Shown here: positions 10,738-24,655 of the stretch, piece after piece
Position numbering within the stretch: the first letter of the stretch is position 1
How the letters are laid out: every line of letters starts with the position of its first letter
Origin: Eledone cirrhosa
Taxonomy: Eukaryota
Direction: 5' to 3'
NCBI GenBank assembly: GCA_964016885.1
Contig: OZ024741.1
Location: 166,284,001-166,348,000, forward strand
DNA: 64,000 nucleotides
Notes under the pieces: model-generated
Databases searched by the model: none
Told to the model about the DNA's origin: nothing
The model's input: the letters and a program-made list of their open reading frames with translations, nothing else
Translations under genes and position numbers: made by a program

Positions 10738-13120
10738 TATCTTTCTTTATTTGCCACAGGGGCGTACAAAAATGGGACATTACAAGACGTGACGGCGGGG
10801 ATTTTACATAAAAATAACTTTAACATTAATAAATAACAATAAACTATATATAATAAAATAACAATTGAAATCCCCAATAGGGGGGAACGTTACTGCAGGG
10901 TTGTTTTACACCCCGTGGATAGAACAGCCCTCAACACCAGGAACACGTTTTGTAGGTGTTCCTGTCTTCCCTCTTTTTATCTTCCTCAACCTACAGGTTT
11001 ATATACAGAGAAGGCCCATTCACTCGGGCCATTTTCGCGACATTCACCCACCTTTCAGCGAATTTACTGGGGTGTAGCACCTCTCTCTCCACTCCCACCT
11101 TCCTTCTGAAGTGATACTTAAAGAAGGGGATAAGTTGTTGTCCGGAGAGAAAGGTGTTTGCCCTCAGTCCTTTTAACCTCGTCCACCATATTACCTCTTT
11201 CGCCATAGCCACCAGACAGAGGAAAACCGCCTCTCCTTCGTTCTTAAATGAAGGCGGCGGGGTGATCCTCACGATGGACTCGGCTGACAAGTGGATGCGT
11301 CCCACACGTGACAGCAGCTGTTCGACATAATTCCTCAGGTCGGTCACCCTTGGGCACTAAACAATTCCGTGCAGAACGGTTTCGATGTCCTGCTTGGACA
11401 GGTCCTTTTGGCAGGATCTCTGCCAGGGCGTCCGTGCCTGTAGATTTTTCCTCGAACTGGTAGAGCTCCTCGGTAGCACTGCGAGGCCAGAGACCTCTGG
11501 AAGTTATCCATAGGCCCTGGACGAAAAGTCCTCCCGAACATACTGGTCAGTTCGTCCTCCTCGATGCCTAGAGTTTCCCCGAGAATGTCATCGCACTTAT
11601 CCTCCACTAATCCCCTATAGAATGTCGAAGTGGAGTCTCCGCTGATTGCCGTTTCCGCTTGGTAGAGGGCTGTGAGCGTCTGTAGGCACTCGAGGTGCCA
11701 GGCACCCATTTTCGGTCTTCGCTTGACCCAGGACTGCAGCTCTGTTAGTGAGACGAGTTGTGGAAGAGCTTGTCTCGCAAACGACAGCCACACCGGTTCA
11801 CCGGTCAGGAATAGTGCAGATGGCGTAGCCTCAGCGCGTGTTTGCGCATCATCAACCACGGCATGCCCAGCCCTCCGTTAGAAGGGTGTTGACAGCAAAT
11901 GGATCTCCTCACCAATGGAGCCTGTTTCTTCCAGAGGAACTTGAAGAGTAGGCGTTCCATTTTGGTAAGGTATTCGCGGAGGCAAGGCACGACTGTCAAG
12001 CGGTAGTAGATGACGGACGCTATGTAAGTGTTCGCCACCTCCGCTCGACCTTTCAAGGAGAGTTTGCGCTCAGCCCACTTCTGGGTGAGTGCAAACACCT
12101 TCGCCGTGACCTCGTTCCAGTTCTTGTCCATCTGGAGGTCTGGACCAAACCAGACCCCGTCAATTTCACCGGTCTCTCCGTCCAGCGTCCAACGACACTG
12201 TCGAAAGGCATGGGTTTGCCTCTCCATGTGCCGAGTTGTAAACCAACAGACTTGTTTGGGTTTAGTCTTGCTCCTGTCAATGTTTCGTATTCCTGTAATA
12301 GGTTGCCGATTACCCCAATTTCCGAGGTTTTTGACACCATTACGGTTATGTCGTCGGCATAGGCTGACACTGCTTTCCGCAGTCCTGGTTCAATCGGGAT
12401 GCCCTGCAACAGCTCCAACTTCCGAAGTAACGGCTCGAGAGTCAGTACATACAGAATGGAGGAGAGAGGGCATCCCTGACGGATGGAACGCATGATTTGT
12501 AGCCATTCACCTTGACTGATAGGTAGCCATTCACCTTGACTGCCGAGCAGATGCTGCTGTACATGGCAGCGATCCAGCCTCTGAAGATGGGACCGAAGCC
12601 GGCCGCCTTGAGAACTGCTTCCAAGTATTGATGGTCGACCCTATCAAATGCCTTAGACTGATCTAAATTGATCAGAGCCCTACCGAAGCCAGGTTTACAC
12701 CCTAGCCTCTCTATGATGTATCCCATGAGGTGGAGGTTGTCGTGTATGGACCTGGTCGGGATTGCACACGTTTGGGCTTCCCCTACCAGGTTCTCGACGA
12801 CAAGCGCCAGCCGTGCTGCTAACACCTTAGCCAAAATCTTTAACTCTGTGTTGAGCAGAGTTATGGGCCTGAAATTTCTTATCTCATCCCCTTGTTCTCA
12901 TCTTTCCTGACCAGCGTTACTAGGCCTCTGCCCACATAACTGGGAATCCTCCCGTTTTCTGCCAGTTGCAATAGACCGCTTCGAGGACGCCAGAAAACAA
13001 GTTTGGCATGCCTATGTAAAACTCATAGGGTAGACCATCTAAACCGGGTGACTTGCGTTTCCCGCAGAGGCCTAGGGCATCTTCTATTTCGCCCGCTGTG
13101 AAATCGGACCGAGGGAACAA
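10738..13120 (-). mobile_element. 5'-truncated, frameshifted Tx1/L1-clade LINE (RT plus C-terminal zinc finger)
   Basis: KSPGLDGLPYEFY, LDQSKAFDRVDH, IRQGCPLS, AYADDITV, GGLGMP; AATAAA then (TCTA)n tail. Confidence 0.92.
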
Positions 13121-13291
13121 TGTTTCCGTTGGTCTTTCCAATTGCTAATACTATCTATCGGTCGCAACTCCAGGTAGAAGGAGCAACGTGAAATAAAGTG
13201 TCTTGCTCAAGGACATAACGCATCGCCTGGTCCAGGAATCGAACTCACAACTTTACGATTGCGAATCCAATTCTCTAACCACTCAGCCACA

Positions 13292-13293
<2 letters not shown>
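13120..13293 (-). mobile_element. tRNA-derived SINE with CORE-like motif
   Basis: GTGGCTGAGTGG A-box, GAGTTCGATTCC B-box, TGTCCTTGAGCAAGACACTT; second copy at 32420-32610 (+). Confidence 0.8.
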
Positions 13294-13378
<85 letters not shown>

Positions 13379-13619
13379 GATATGAGTGTGTGTGTGTGTG
13401 TGCGTGTGTAGTGAAAATATCAATATAAAGAAAGGGCTTTCTATATTTTAAAAACAGAGCTGAATTGTTGTGATTCGCACACACACGTGTGACATTTTGT
13501 CACCCATTCGCTAGAAGATATGACTAGCAAATATAGCTTGCACTTATGCAAGCTTGGTAGGTCGTGAAACCTTTCGTTGCATTGAGTTTCATGTGTACGA
13601 ATTATATATATATGTATGT

Positions 13620-14555
13620 ATGTTCTTCTGGTTTTAAAATTTCACAAATGTTTGCTAATAGAAGAGAGTCGGTTTCTAACATAGACACAAGACTCTTTCA
13701 TTGGGATTCACACAACATCAACTAGGTAGATATGTATGCATGTCTACATGCATGAATGCGTGTGCAGATATGGATCTTATTGTATGTGTAGATGTGTATG
13801 TTTTGAGTTTTATGTGTGCATGTGCATATGTTTTGTATCTGTACATGTGTATATGCAGTTAGTAGATGCAGAATTTTTGGAATGTTTTCCATATTTTTAT
13901 TGTTCCATTAATGGGTTGTACTTGTAATTTCCTAACTAGTCGTGTTCTTTCTGTTTCTGTGAAGCCCAGCTTCTCAAGATTTGTATTGAGGCAGTTACTA
14001 ACATACCCCAGTGCCCCAATAAATTTGAAGGTATAGTCAGGGTGGAGTATCTGCAGATTTCTCATTAGCTCTGCATAGCTATTCTCCTTTTCGTTAATCT
14101 TTAATATTATGTTGGCATCTGCTGGGCAGCTAACTTCCACTACTGTGCATGCCTTCTTTTCCCTGTCCCATATCATTACATCTGGTCTGTTATGCCTGCA
14201 TTTTATCGGGATTTTTACTGGAACATTCCACCAGTACCCCATTATATTATGTATGTGTATGTCTTCCACATTGCTGTAGCTTTTAATGTGTTTATTATCG
14301 GGGCTATCTTTTCTACGGATTGCATCGTTCAATGTTTTAGCCACTACATCATGCTTCATAGGTAGATAGTACCGTGACGACATCTTTGGACAGCTGCTTA
14401 TGAAATGGGTGACATCTTCAATGTTAATTCTGCAGAGTCTGCACTTGTCACATCTAGGTGTTTTGCCTGCATTCCTATCTCTTTTGTGAATCAGGTATTT
14501 CGTGTTGATTTCCTGTTCTTGGATTGTAAAAACATATCCTTTAAAGCTAGACCCA
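13620..14555 (-). mobile_element. 3' fragment of an R4/Dong-like LINE (CCHC finger plus restriction-like endonuclease)
   Basis: YYLPMKHD, HNRPDVMIWD, VVEVSCP, IGALG; ends in (CATA)n. Confidence 0.88.
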
Positions 14556-15779
14556 ATATAGCGGCTGTTGGTCCAAGATGGACTACTTTGCTTATCTATA
14601 TTAAGAGAGAGATAAAGAAAGCGGAAGAGAGAAAGAGGGGGAGAAAAGGAGAGACAGTGAGAACGAGAGAGAGAGAGAGAGTGTGTGTGTGTGTGAGAGA
14701 GAATGAGGGAGAGAATTGTAATTGGTGAAGAAGATACTGATCTCTATTTGCACGATTAACAGTAAATGTAGACGCAATCTGTATGGAAGCCTGTAGGTGT
14801 ACTGTACCTGTAATTTAAAGGAAGAGCCAATCTTAACACACACTGTGTCACGCTGAATCTCGCCGAGAATTACGTTAACGATACACGTGTCTTTGGATTA
14901 TATTTTTGCTTAGAGATAATGCTTTTCATCCGCGGCAACATTATAAAATCAATTGCATTCCAAATATGCTAATGTTTAAATGCATCATAAATAAGTTATG
15001 GTTTAAATACATTATAAAATATAAAACAGAAATAGAAAATTTATGAAGGAAATAGAAAAGTTATAGTTGTGAATGAATCGAAGGTATAAATTCTTGAGGC
15101 GGAAGCTGATTTATTCACAGCTATTTTATGGTGATTTTAAAATATATTTTTGTAAATATGGCGGCAATTTGGAGAATATTTCTACTGAGCTAACATAACT
15201 AGCGGAAATGAGCAAGGAACCCAACTGGTAAATTAATTACTTTTCTGTTTGTCCTTCGTTTTTGGAAACATCAACAAGCAACAGAGACGATGGTTGCGTG
15301 GGTAACCGGAGAATCGTAACTGCTCCTATTTATACAACATTGTTCGTGTGCACATTCGAGCGAGGAAACTGTAAAACTAGTGATAATCTATTGTTGCAAG
15401 CGCTCATGATATTCCGATTGCCGCAACGAAAAATCCAGTCTTTTTGTGGTTAAAAAAAGTTAATATTGACTTATCATAAACTTGGATTATAATAGGGTTA
15501 TGAGCGATGTGGAGTTGATATCTAATCAACCCCATTCTCTGCTCCTTGATATTCTGGACTAGACAAGACAGGCGGAGACAACTGAAGGTATACTAGGGGC
15601 ACTGTGGAATGAGCGTGGTAGCTCACAGTGCTCTCATGTGTGTCCCACGTAAAATTGCTGATAATCGTATTTCTGTCTGTTGAAACTTAACCACTAATTG
15701 TAGGGGTTTCCTCAACAAAGCCTGCTGAAAATCCAACCTTGCGAATGAAATTGGGTACCAGTTTGGAAGCCTGCTGAAT

Positions 15780-15960
15780 AAACTGCATCTGTAATTCAAA
15801 GGGTTGGCCTTGTCAAACACAGAGTCACTCTGAATCTCCCTGAGAATTACGTTATGGGTATACGTGTCTGAGGAATGCTCAGCCACTTACACGTTAATTT
15901 CATGAACAGGCTGTTCCGTGGAAGGAACAACTGGAACACTCACCTTTCAAACTGATGGTG
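15780..15960 (+). mobile_element. SINE 3' fragment (also ~14790-14900 and within 39022-39370)
   Basis: Shared CTGAATCTC..GAGAATTACGTTA..ACGTGTCT..GGAATGCTCAG sequence. Confidence 0.6.
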
Positions 15961-16456
15961 CTCCTTCTAATTGAATGCCGTTTGAATCGCTGGACCCAAT
16001 GGAGAAAGACTAGGGGAACTAACTCTAGGGTTTAGAAAACAGAATAGATTTAACGTCACATGGCAGAAATAGAAGCATTTCTTCCATGTACATTCTAAAA
16101 ATATCGGTCGGCCATCGAATCATTCGTTGAAGATAAGTCTGTGTTTATTGACGTTATCGATTATTATTCATTTATCATGGATCAATATAATTTCGACAGT
16201 GGCTTTATTTAGCGACAGGAGTGGAATGTCGGAAACACGGTAAAATCCACAATGTGACGTTTGCTTTCAAGATCTGGGTTCTATGAGGAACAAGGGAAAG
16301 AGAAAGAAAATGGCGTAAACGTGATGGAGGAATGGGGTACAGGGGAGAGAGGAAGAGGCCTAAATAACTGCTGTTAAGAATCGGAACCAGGAGGTAGTCT
16401 ATTACCTGGCAATTCTCGCCTCCACTGACACACCTCCAACACACACACACACACGT

Positions 16457-16553
<97 letters not shown>

Positions 16554-16651
16554 GTATATATATATATATGTATACATACATATATATATATATATATGTA
16601 TATATAGTGACGAAGCATAAGTCAATTTCATGAACTCATAATCCTTTATTT

Positions 16652-16707
16652 ACTGCTATATATATTTCGATGATAGCCATTGAATGGCTATGACCTCATC
16701 AGGCAGT
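16652..16707 (-). ncRNA. Canonical type I hammerhead ribozyme
   Basis: ACTGC-CTGATGA-GGT.ATAGCCAT/ATGGCTAT.ATC-GAAA-TATATA-TA|GCAGT; downstream of an LPDGLN remnant typical of PLE endonuclease ends. Confidence 0.85.
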
Positions 16708-17062
16708 TAGTCAGTTCTTAGATATGCCAGCTCTGTGTGTATAGTGTTGATGGTATCAGAGCTTGTTAGGAATATTTTGATGTTGTCAGCAGGAATAGTC
16801 TTGATTCTCATTGGTCAATTTGTAGATGGTAGTAGGTTGGTATTTGACCTCAAAGAGGCAGGTGGTGTTGTAAAGTTCAAACCGTCAGGCAAGATGACAA
16901 TAGTTCCACATGACTGATTTTCACAAAAGGCATTCTTGGTCAGATATATTTTTAAATAAGGTTAATAGTATGAAATAGATACTACAGGTCATTCTTAAAT
17001 CTGAAATTTATGGTTGGAGTAGAAAGTTTACAAATAAAAGGCTTATGTATGTTGGCTTGCAC

Positions 17063-17099
<37 letters not shown>

Positions 17100-17107
<8 letters not shown>

Positions 17108-19211
17108 TAGCGAGGTTTTTTATATGAAATCGTGTGTCGAAACAGATATTGTTATATTTGGGGAGGGTCATATTTGCATAATATTGCCAGAATTAATAAC
17201 AGAACACACTCACTGTTGGTTTTCGCTTCTCGCTGTCTTTTATATCTGCGATCTAACTTACTCGGTCCTCAATGTTGCCATTGACTGACCGGCGGTCAAA
17301 AATAATACAGATACCATATAGGCACAAACACATATATATAGTTTACATAATTTACATAAATCTTTCGTTGCACATCTGCAACATCGTCAGTGGTGTTATA
17401 TTCATTGTTCCTCCTGTTGTGTTGTATGTCTACGCCATTTTTTTATTCAGTCTGTCTATATATTTATTTATTTATTTGCTTGTTTGTTTATCTTATATTA
17501 TTTTGTCTTCTTTGCGCATGCGTTTGCGTGTGTGTATAGTGTTATGTGTGATGTGTGACTAGTGTGTATAGTGTTGTGTCTGCTGGGTGACTAGTGTGTG
17601 TTTATGTGCTTGTTGTTATTGTGCTTGTGTATGTATTTATTTATCTTATTTTATTTTATTTTATTTTATTTACTTATTTATACCTCTCTTAGGTCAATGT
17701 TGTTTGTTTGGGTGTTGTTGTTGTTCCACTCATTCTTTCTGTTTAGCTTTGGTCTTCTAATTTCTATTTCACTGGCCTCTCTGATTTGCCTATCTGCTGG
17801 GTCATTCCTATGTTTAGATATTCTAATTTCTATGTTGTCTATGTTACCGTCATGTTGTTGTCTAGCATGTTCGTATAGTACTGACCCGTTTTTTCGTCCT
17901 TTTAGTTCCCCCAGTGTTGGTCTATCCTTTCACCTATGCTACGAGCTGTCTCACCTATGTATGTTGTTGTCATGTTTCTGCAAGTACCCTCTGTACATCT
18001 TATGCTATAGACTACGCTTCTAGTTTTACAGTTTATCCGGGGGTTCACCTTACATATGATACATTTCCTATTGGTACAGCGGGTTTTCTTAAAAGGGTAG
18101 GTTTTGCTGATCAGGGATTTTATGGTGGTTCCTGGCTTTTCTACCACCTTTATTTTTAAGTGGGTCTTTCTCAGGGCCTTTCTACACTGGTTAGCTAATT
18201 TCCCTCCAGGGGTGGCGTCCACAAACATGACACTCTGATATCTCTGGTTGTCGTACCATGATGTGGCTTTCCCTATCTTATGTCTAGCCCTATCTAAGCT
18301 ATTCCATGATTTGCTCCTGTATAGTGGGCAAATTCCTTTCATGTCCAGTTCTATGAGGGTCTTATACTTTTCCATGGCTCCTTTGTATACTCTGACTCTG
18401 TCTCTTTGGTTGTAGCCAGAGAACTGCATGCGGTTGATGAAGTGTTGGATGTGTCCTTCCATTTCAGTTGGGTCGCACATGCTGGACACATTCTTCATCA
18501 CTCGTACCAAATCTGCGATCAGAATATTAAACTTAGCACTACTGGACATTGCTGAGTTTTTGAGTATCAAGTATTTGGAGGCCATGGGTTTAGCATAGTG
18601 TGAGTGGAGAATTTGGGCTCTCTCGTCTATAGTGTTAATCCAGAGTTCTGTGTCTAATACAGGTAGTCTATTGTTAGGGTGTTTGGAAGGGAAGTCTATA
18701 GTTACAGTTATACTCTGGTGTATGGAATTAGCTATCTGCTGGATGCTTTCCATCGTGCTACGTTCTAAGTCAAACTTGTTAGTGCTCTCTAGTGGGGGTG
18801 TTCTTATAACTATATTGATATCGTCTACATAACGAGAGTACATGATGAGGTCTATGGAGCTTTCACTAAGGAGATCTTTAAGTCTCCTTTCCCACCATAC
18901 CATGAAAAGGTTGGCAACATCACCAGCTATGCTGACGCCGATGGCTGCTCCCTCATTTTGGGTGTAGATTTTCTCATTGAACTTAAATATGTGGCCCTTT
19001 AGGGTAGTTTTGATACTAGCCCCTATTGCATATGTGTTTGTGCCTATATGGTATCTGTATTATTTTTGACCGCCGGTCAGTCAATGGCAACATTGAAGAC
19101 CGAGTAAGTTAGATCGCAGATATAAAAGACAGCGAGAAGCGAAAACCAACAGTGAGTGTGTTCTGCTATTAATTCTGGCAATATTACGCAAATATGACCC
19201 TCCCTAAATAT

Positions 19212-19218
<7 letters not shown>
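17100..19218 (-). mobile_element. 5'-truncated Penelope-like element (RT + GIY-YIG) with inverted pseudo-LTR
   Basis: ORF 17902-18903: YSRYVDDI, LPVLD, CxxxxCxxC, VVYSIRC, YIGETAR; 19029-19218 is an inverted copy of ~17145-17340; (TA)n flanks. Confidence 0.93.
17354..17393 (-). ncRNA. Minimal HHR in PLE 3' region
   Basis: CTGACGA-T-GTTGCA/TGCAAC-GAAA-GATT-TA; stem I weak. Confidence 0.7.
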
Positions 19219-19279
<61 letters not shown>

Positions 19280-19288
<9 letters not shown>

Positions 19289-19855
19289 GAGAAGAAAGAA
19301 GAATACTGTGTGGTTGCACATGGGTTACATATGATAAAATTAGTCCCTCATCAGTGATTTGCCAACCATCATTGATATTTCGTCGCATAAAATCATATAT
19401 CTCAGGTTGGTGCGAGCAATAACTAAAAAAAGCTATTGGGACAAGTAAATCGCGTAAAGTGAGTGAGACAAGTAAACAACATAGAAGGATGAAAGCAACG
19501 CAAAGATGGGAATAAACAAGCAACATGGTTGTCCGGTCAGCATAAGCTGGGTGGATTTCATGAGCGATCAAGATACAGACCGTCCGACTTGAGTGAGATG
19601 TGAGCAAGAAGAGAACCCACTACTAGCCAAACGGGAGGAAGTGAGAAGGGGAGAAACAGAGAGTGAGTGAGTGGAAGTGGGAGGAAGAGGTCAGTCGAGA
19701 GAAAGTGTAACTGACAGAGGGGGCGAAAGAAGGTGAGAGCAACAGAGAGAACGGGGAAGCAGTAAGAGAGAAACAGACAAACGCAGCCGAGGTAAATATA
19801 TATAAAAAACATGAGAAGAAAGAAGAATACTGCGTGGTTGCACATGGGTTACATA
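19280..19855 (-). mobile_element. Probable PLE-terminus fragment with terminal direct repeat (relatives at 25465-26060 and 46950-47120)
   Basis: 19280-19335 repeated at 19805-19855; (TA)n flanks; homologous sequence elsewhere in the window. Confidence 0.5.
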
Positions 19856-19907
19856 TATATATATATTAAGTAAGTTAATTTTATAATTTTCTTATTTTAC
19901 GTCTCTC

Positions 19908-19992
<85 letters not shown>

Positions 19993-21604
19993 GAGAAAAA
20001 GATAATAGATAAAAAACGACATAAATGGAATGAGAGAAATAAGCCGGAAGAAGAGACAGACAATTGAATAACGCGAGAGTTTGAAACAAGTTAAACAAAA
20101 GGGGAATAAAGACAATAATACATGGTGGATAAAAATGTAGAAATATATTTCTATAATGAGAATATTTACGCCGATGGAAAAGAACAGAAAATGATCGATC
20201 TGACGTTTTTGGTTAAACTATTTATTGAAGTAGAGAACAAGAAGAAGGGAATAAGGAAGCATCTCCCTTACCATCTTCCGTGGAAACGCATTCTCCATTC
20301 TGTCCGCCGGGGCTGTGGGAAGGCCAACACGTGGGACACCATTTGCTCACCATAGAGAGAGAGACGGGGAGGGTGAAAGAGATGAAGGCGATGACAGTGG
20401 GAGTTCGGCTCTTCCACATTCGGACCATATCCTTGTGGTTGAGTTTATCATCCATATATTCTAATTTAACTTTTATCTGGGAAGTAAGACCTGTTTACAT
20501 AGGGAGTGACCCAAGTAAAGTGTTAGAACGACACCAAGTTAGAGAACAGGCAGACCTGTCAACTCTCCCAGTCCGACGGGAAGATCTCCCACCCACTTTG
20601 GGGGGTGTGAGAGATGTGAAAATGGGTATATAAAATCTCCCCATTTTGCCTCATTTCTCCCCGTTTGGGGCACTTTTATTCATGGTACTCTCTGTTTGAG
20701 CTTTTAAAAGTTGGCATATCTAGAACAGCTGTGTGCCATCATGCACTATGCTTTCGCTAAGAGTTTAGTGACCAGCCTTTTCATTTGTGACCAGATACAG
20801 ATATACTCTTGGTTCCCCCGTTCTTGAGCCAGTAGAATATACAGGATTGTTGTAAACTAAAGGAAAAGAGGGCTCTACCAACAATGTACGGTAGAATTAC
20901 ATAATCATCACATGAACATCTCGAGATATTTATTATTCGTCATTTAGTTGTAGCGGTTAGTTTAGCTGTTAATATCAACCAAGATGTATAAAAAAAAACT
21001 TCGATATGCGATAAACATAACATGTACATAAATTGTAGCGCACATACAAATAGATGTGTTTTGATAGTTTGGGGAGAAAAATATAATAATTAGGGGAAAG
21101 GGAGGGGGAATGAAGGGCCATGCCCCTCCCCCAGTGCCACGCCCCCTGTTTACGTTCTGAGTTCAAATCTTACCGAGGTTCATTTATTTTTCAGCTTGTC
21201 TGGGTCCCCAAATCCTATCGAGTTTTACTTTATCTTCTAATTCCCCTGGGTCGATAACATATGTACAAGTTAGTTTAATCGACTGTATTCCATCCCTCCT
21301 CAAATCTAGTGTTAATTATTATTGTTAATCTTGGGGAGGAGTTTAGTATGTATCTTTACATGTCCAGTTCAAGTCTACCCACTATCTATAGAAGAACGGC
21401 GCTGAAATAAATCGACTACATATTCTCCACCATACTCTAACAAAATCGTAACCGTTTATCAAAGTTCAAAATGTTTATAATTCTTAATTTCATTTACGGT
21501 ATATGTTTCTTTTTTCTTGTTGTTGAAATACTTTTTTTCTAGAAAGAATTCTAAAATAACTGCCACTAAGGCATAAAAAGACTAAATATATTGGTTTATG
21601 AATT

Positions 21605-21800
21605 AGGTACAAGGCCAGCAAATTTGGGGAGGGGAAAGTCGAATAAACCGAACCAGTGCATTACTGGTACTTTATTTTATCGACCCTGTTAGGATGAAAG
21701 GCAAAGCTAACCTTGGCGTGATTTGAACTCAAATCGTAAAGGGGTGTAACCCTGTCCATGTTGTCCGACGCTCCACCGATACTGCCAATTCACCGCCCTC
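21605..21800 (-). mobile_element. Deu/Nin-like SINE (further copies ~21150-21310 +, 30515-30660 +, 32135-32320 -, 39575-39690 +)
   Basis: Reverse complement of the SINE at 8648. Confidence 0.8.
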
Positions 21801-22056
21801 GTACTGTGAATATATTAATCATGAATATCGAAAGTTCGAAACATCTTTCTCCAATTCGATCTGTGTAATACTAGTTTCAACTTATTTACTACTGACAAAG
21901 TCTGGAAATGTCTATTCCTTCTATATAAACTATTCCAGGAGATTAGACGCTTGTATTATCAAAATTTACATTATTCCAATATTCATGTAAATTCATTTTG
22001 AAACGTATCCATATCTACCACTCGATTATCTCCCTTGGTAGTCTATATATTAAAAG

Positions 22057-22161
<105 letters not shown>

Positions 22162-23418
22162 GCAACGGATCACTTTGTGGCTCAATGAAGAGTTAATAAA
22201 TTAAATAATCAGAGCTATATATATATACATATATACATATATAAATATATATATACATATATATATATATTGTTATACTTTGGGAGGGTCATGTTGCCAA
22301 TAAGAAACACACGCACCAGTTCCTTTCACTTCAATTTATTATATATTTATAAATTTATAAATTTACAAATTTACAAACTTATAAATTTCTGGTTGGTTGG
22401 TTGGTTCCACAACCAGATAGTTGTTTATATATAGTCATAGTCCTTTCGTCACACACTCTGTGACCTCTTCAGTGACTGGGGATTCCTTTCTTTGTTTCTG
22501 TGCCTTTCCTTTCTTCTATCCTACGCCATTTTGTTTCTGTGTGTGTGTTGTGTGCTCAGTTTGCGCATGCGCTACATCCGGGTGTCTGTGCGTGTTTGTG
22601 TTCATTTATCTATTTGTTTATTTATTTATTTATTTGTTGTTGGTTGGTTGTTTGTTCTATGTGTGTGTGTGTTTTCATTTTGTCCTGGGTGTGTTTTCAT
22701 TTTGTCCTTAATTGTAAGTTGTTTGTTCTATGTGTGTTTGTGTTTTCATTTTGTCCTGTGTGTGTTTTCATTTTGTCCTTAATTGTAAGTTGTGATGTTG
22801 CTTTTCCACTCATATTTTCTATTTAATTTGGGTTTTAATTCTTTTATGCTTACTGCCTCTGTAATTTGCCTAAACATTGCGTCTTTTCTGTGTGTGGATT
22901 CTATTTTTATTTCTATGTTCTCTAATCTACCCCTGTGTTCTATCTTAGCATGTTGGTAGAGCACAGATGATTCTTTATTATCTTGGAGGTCTCGCCAGTG
23001 TTCATTTATTCGTTCCCCTATACTACGAGCTGTCTCACCTATGTACACTATATTTTTGTTTCTACATTGTCCTTCAGTACATCTTATGCTATACACTACA
23101 TTTCTAGTTTTACAGTTAATATGGGGGCTTATTTTACAGGTTATACATTTCTTATCTATACTGATAATGTACTCCCGCTACGTAGATGATATAAACATCG
23201 TAGTTAAGACACCCCCACTAAAGAACAGTCAGGAACTAGAGAAAAACACAATGGAAAGCATCTAGCAAATAGCAAACTCCATCCACCAGAGCATTAGAGT
23301 TACTATAGACTACCCAAGTAGACACCCCAACCATCGATTACCTGTACTAGACACAGAGCTCTGGTTAGATACCATTAACAACCAAAAACAAATCCTCCAT
23401 TCCCATTATGCCAAACCC

Positions 23419-24309
23419 ATGACTTCCAAACATCTGATCCACCGAAACTCGGCCATTTCGGACCATACCAAAATCAACATACTGATTGCGGATTTGGTAC
23501 GGGTGATGAGAAATGTCTCCCGCATGTGCAACCCCGAAAAACTAGAGAGACACATACAACACTTCATCCACCGTATGCAGTTCTCTGGCTACAATCAGAG
23601 AGATAGAATCAGAGTGTATAAAGGAGCCAGAACCAAATGGGAAAAAATGGTAAATAATGACATAAATGGGACCTGCCCCTTGTATAGGAGCAAATTTTGG
23701 AATAGAATAGAAAGAACTAGGAACAAGGCCAATAGAATAAACTCATGGTATGATAGCAATAAATACCAGAGTGTAATGTTCATCAATACAACCCCTAGAG
23801 GCGAACTAGCCTACAAATTTAGAAGGGCCCTAAATAAACATAATCTCAATATTAAGATAGTAGAAAGACCAGGTACCTCCGTAAAAACACTTATTAGCAA
23901 GACATACCCGTTCCAAAGACCCTCATGTATAGATAAGAAATGTATAACCTGTAAAATAAGCCCCCATATTAACTGTAAAACTAGAAATGTAGTGTATAGC
24001 ATAAGATGTACTGAAGGACAATGTAGAAACAAAAATATAGTGTACATAGGTGAGACAGCTCGTAGTATAGGGGAACGAATAAATGAACACTGGCGAGACC
24101 TCCAAGATAATAAAGAATCATCTGTGCTCTACCAACATGCTAAGATAGAACACAGGGGTAGATTAGAGAACATAGAAATAAAAATAGAATCCACACACAG
24201 AAAAGACGCAATGTTTAGGCAAATTACAGAGGCGGTAAGCATAAAAGAATTAAAACCAAAATTAAATAGAAAATATGAGTGGAACAGCAACATCACAACT
24301 TACAATTAA
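23419..24309 (+). CDS. PLE RT C-terminal region and GIY-YIG endonuclease (fragment)
   Basis: CIDKKCITC, VVYSIRC, YIGETARSIGERINEH, RQITEA, KPKLN; homologous to ORF 17902-18903. Confidence 0.9.
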   Translation: MTSKHLIHRNSAISDHTKINILIADLVRVMRNVSRMCNPEKLERHIQHFIHRMQFSGYNQRDRIRVYKGARTKWEKMVNNDINGTCPLYRSKFWNRIERTRNKANRINSWYDSNKYQSVMFINTTPRGELAYKFRRALNKHNLNIKIVERPGTSVKTLISKTYPFQRPSCIDKKCITCKISPHINCKTRNVVYSIRCTEGQCRNKNIVYIGETARSIGERINEHWRDLQDNKESSVLYQHAKIEHRGRLENIEIKIESTHRKDAMFRQITEAVSIKELKPKLNRKYEWNSNITTYN

Positions 24310-24610
24310 GGACAAAATGAAAACACACACAGGACAAAATGAAAACACACACACACATAGAACAAACAACTTACAATTAAGGACAAAATGAAAACACACA
24401 CAGGACAAAATGAAAACACACACACACATAGAACAAACAACCAACCAACAACAAATAAATAAATAAATAAACAAATAGATAAATGAACACAAACACACAC
24501 AGACACCCGGATGTGGCGCATGCGCAAACTGAGCACACAACACACACACAGAAACAAAATGGCGTAGGATAGAAGAAAGGAAAGGTACAGAAACAAAGAA
24601 AGGAATCCCC

Positions 24611-24655
24611 AGTCACTGAAGAGGTCACAGAGTGTGTGACGAAAGGACTATGACT
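24611..24655 (+). ncRNA. Minimal type I HHR in PLE pseudo-LTR (copies 22433-22477 -, 51595-51639 +, 53995-54037 -, ~38283-38325 -)
   Basis: AGTCA-CTGAAGA-G-GTCACA/TGTGAC-GAAA-GGAC-TA|TGACT. Confidence 0.85.

Noticed and set aside
19050-19125. Structured segment with GCAA-loop hairpin as a twister- or HDV-like ribozyme
   Set aside because: Pseudoknot pairings and the UAA site do not fit; this PLE already has an HHR at 17354-17393.
19340-19390. GAAA...CTGATGA in permuted order (also 25.5k and 47.0k) as a type II/III HHR
   Set aside because: Could not form stems I and II adjacent to the core in any copy; left unexplained.
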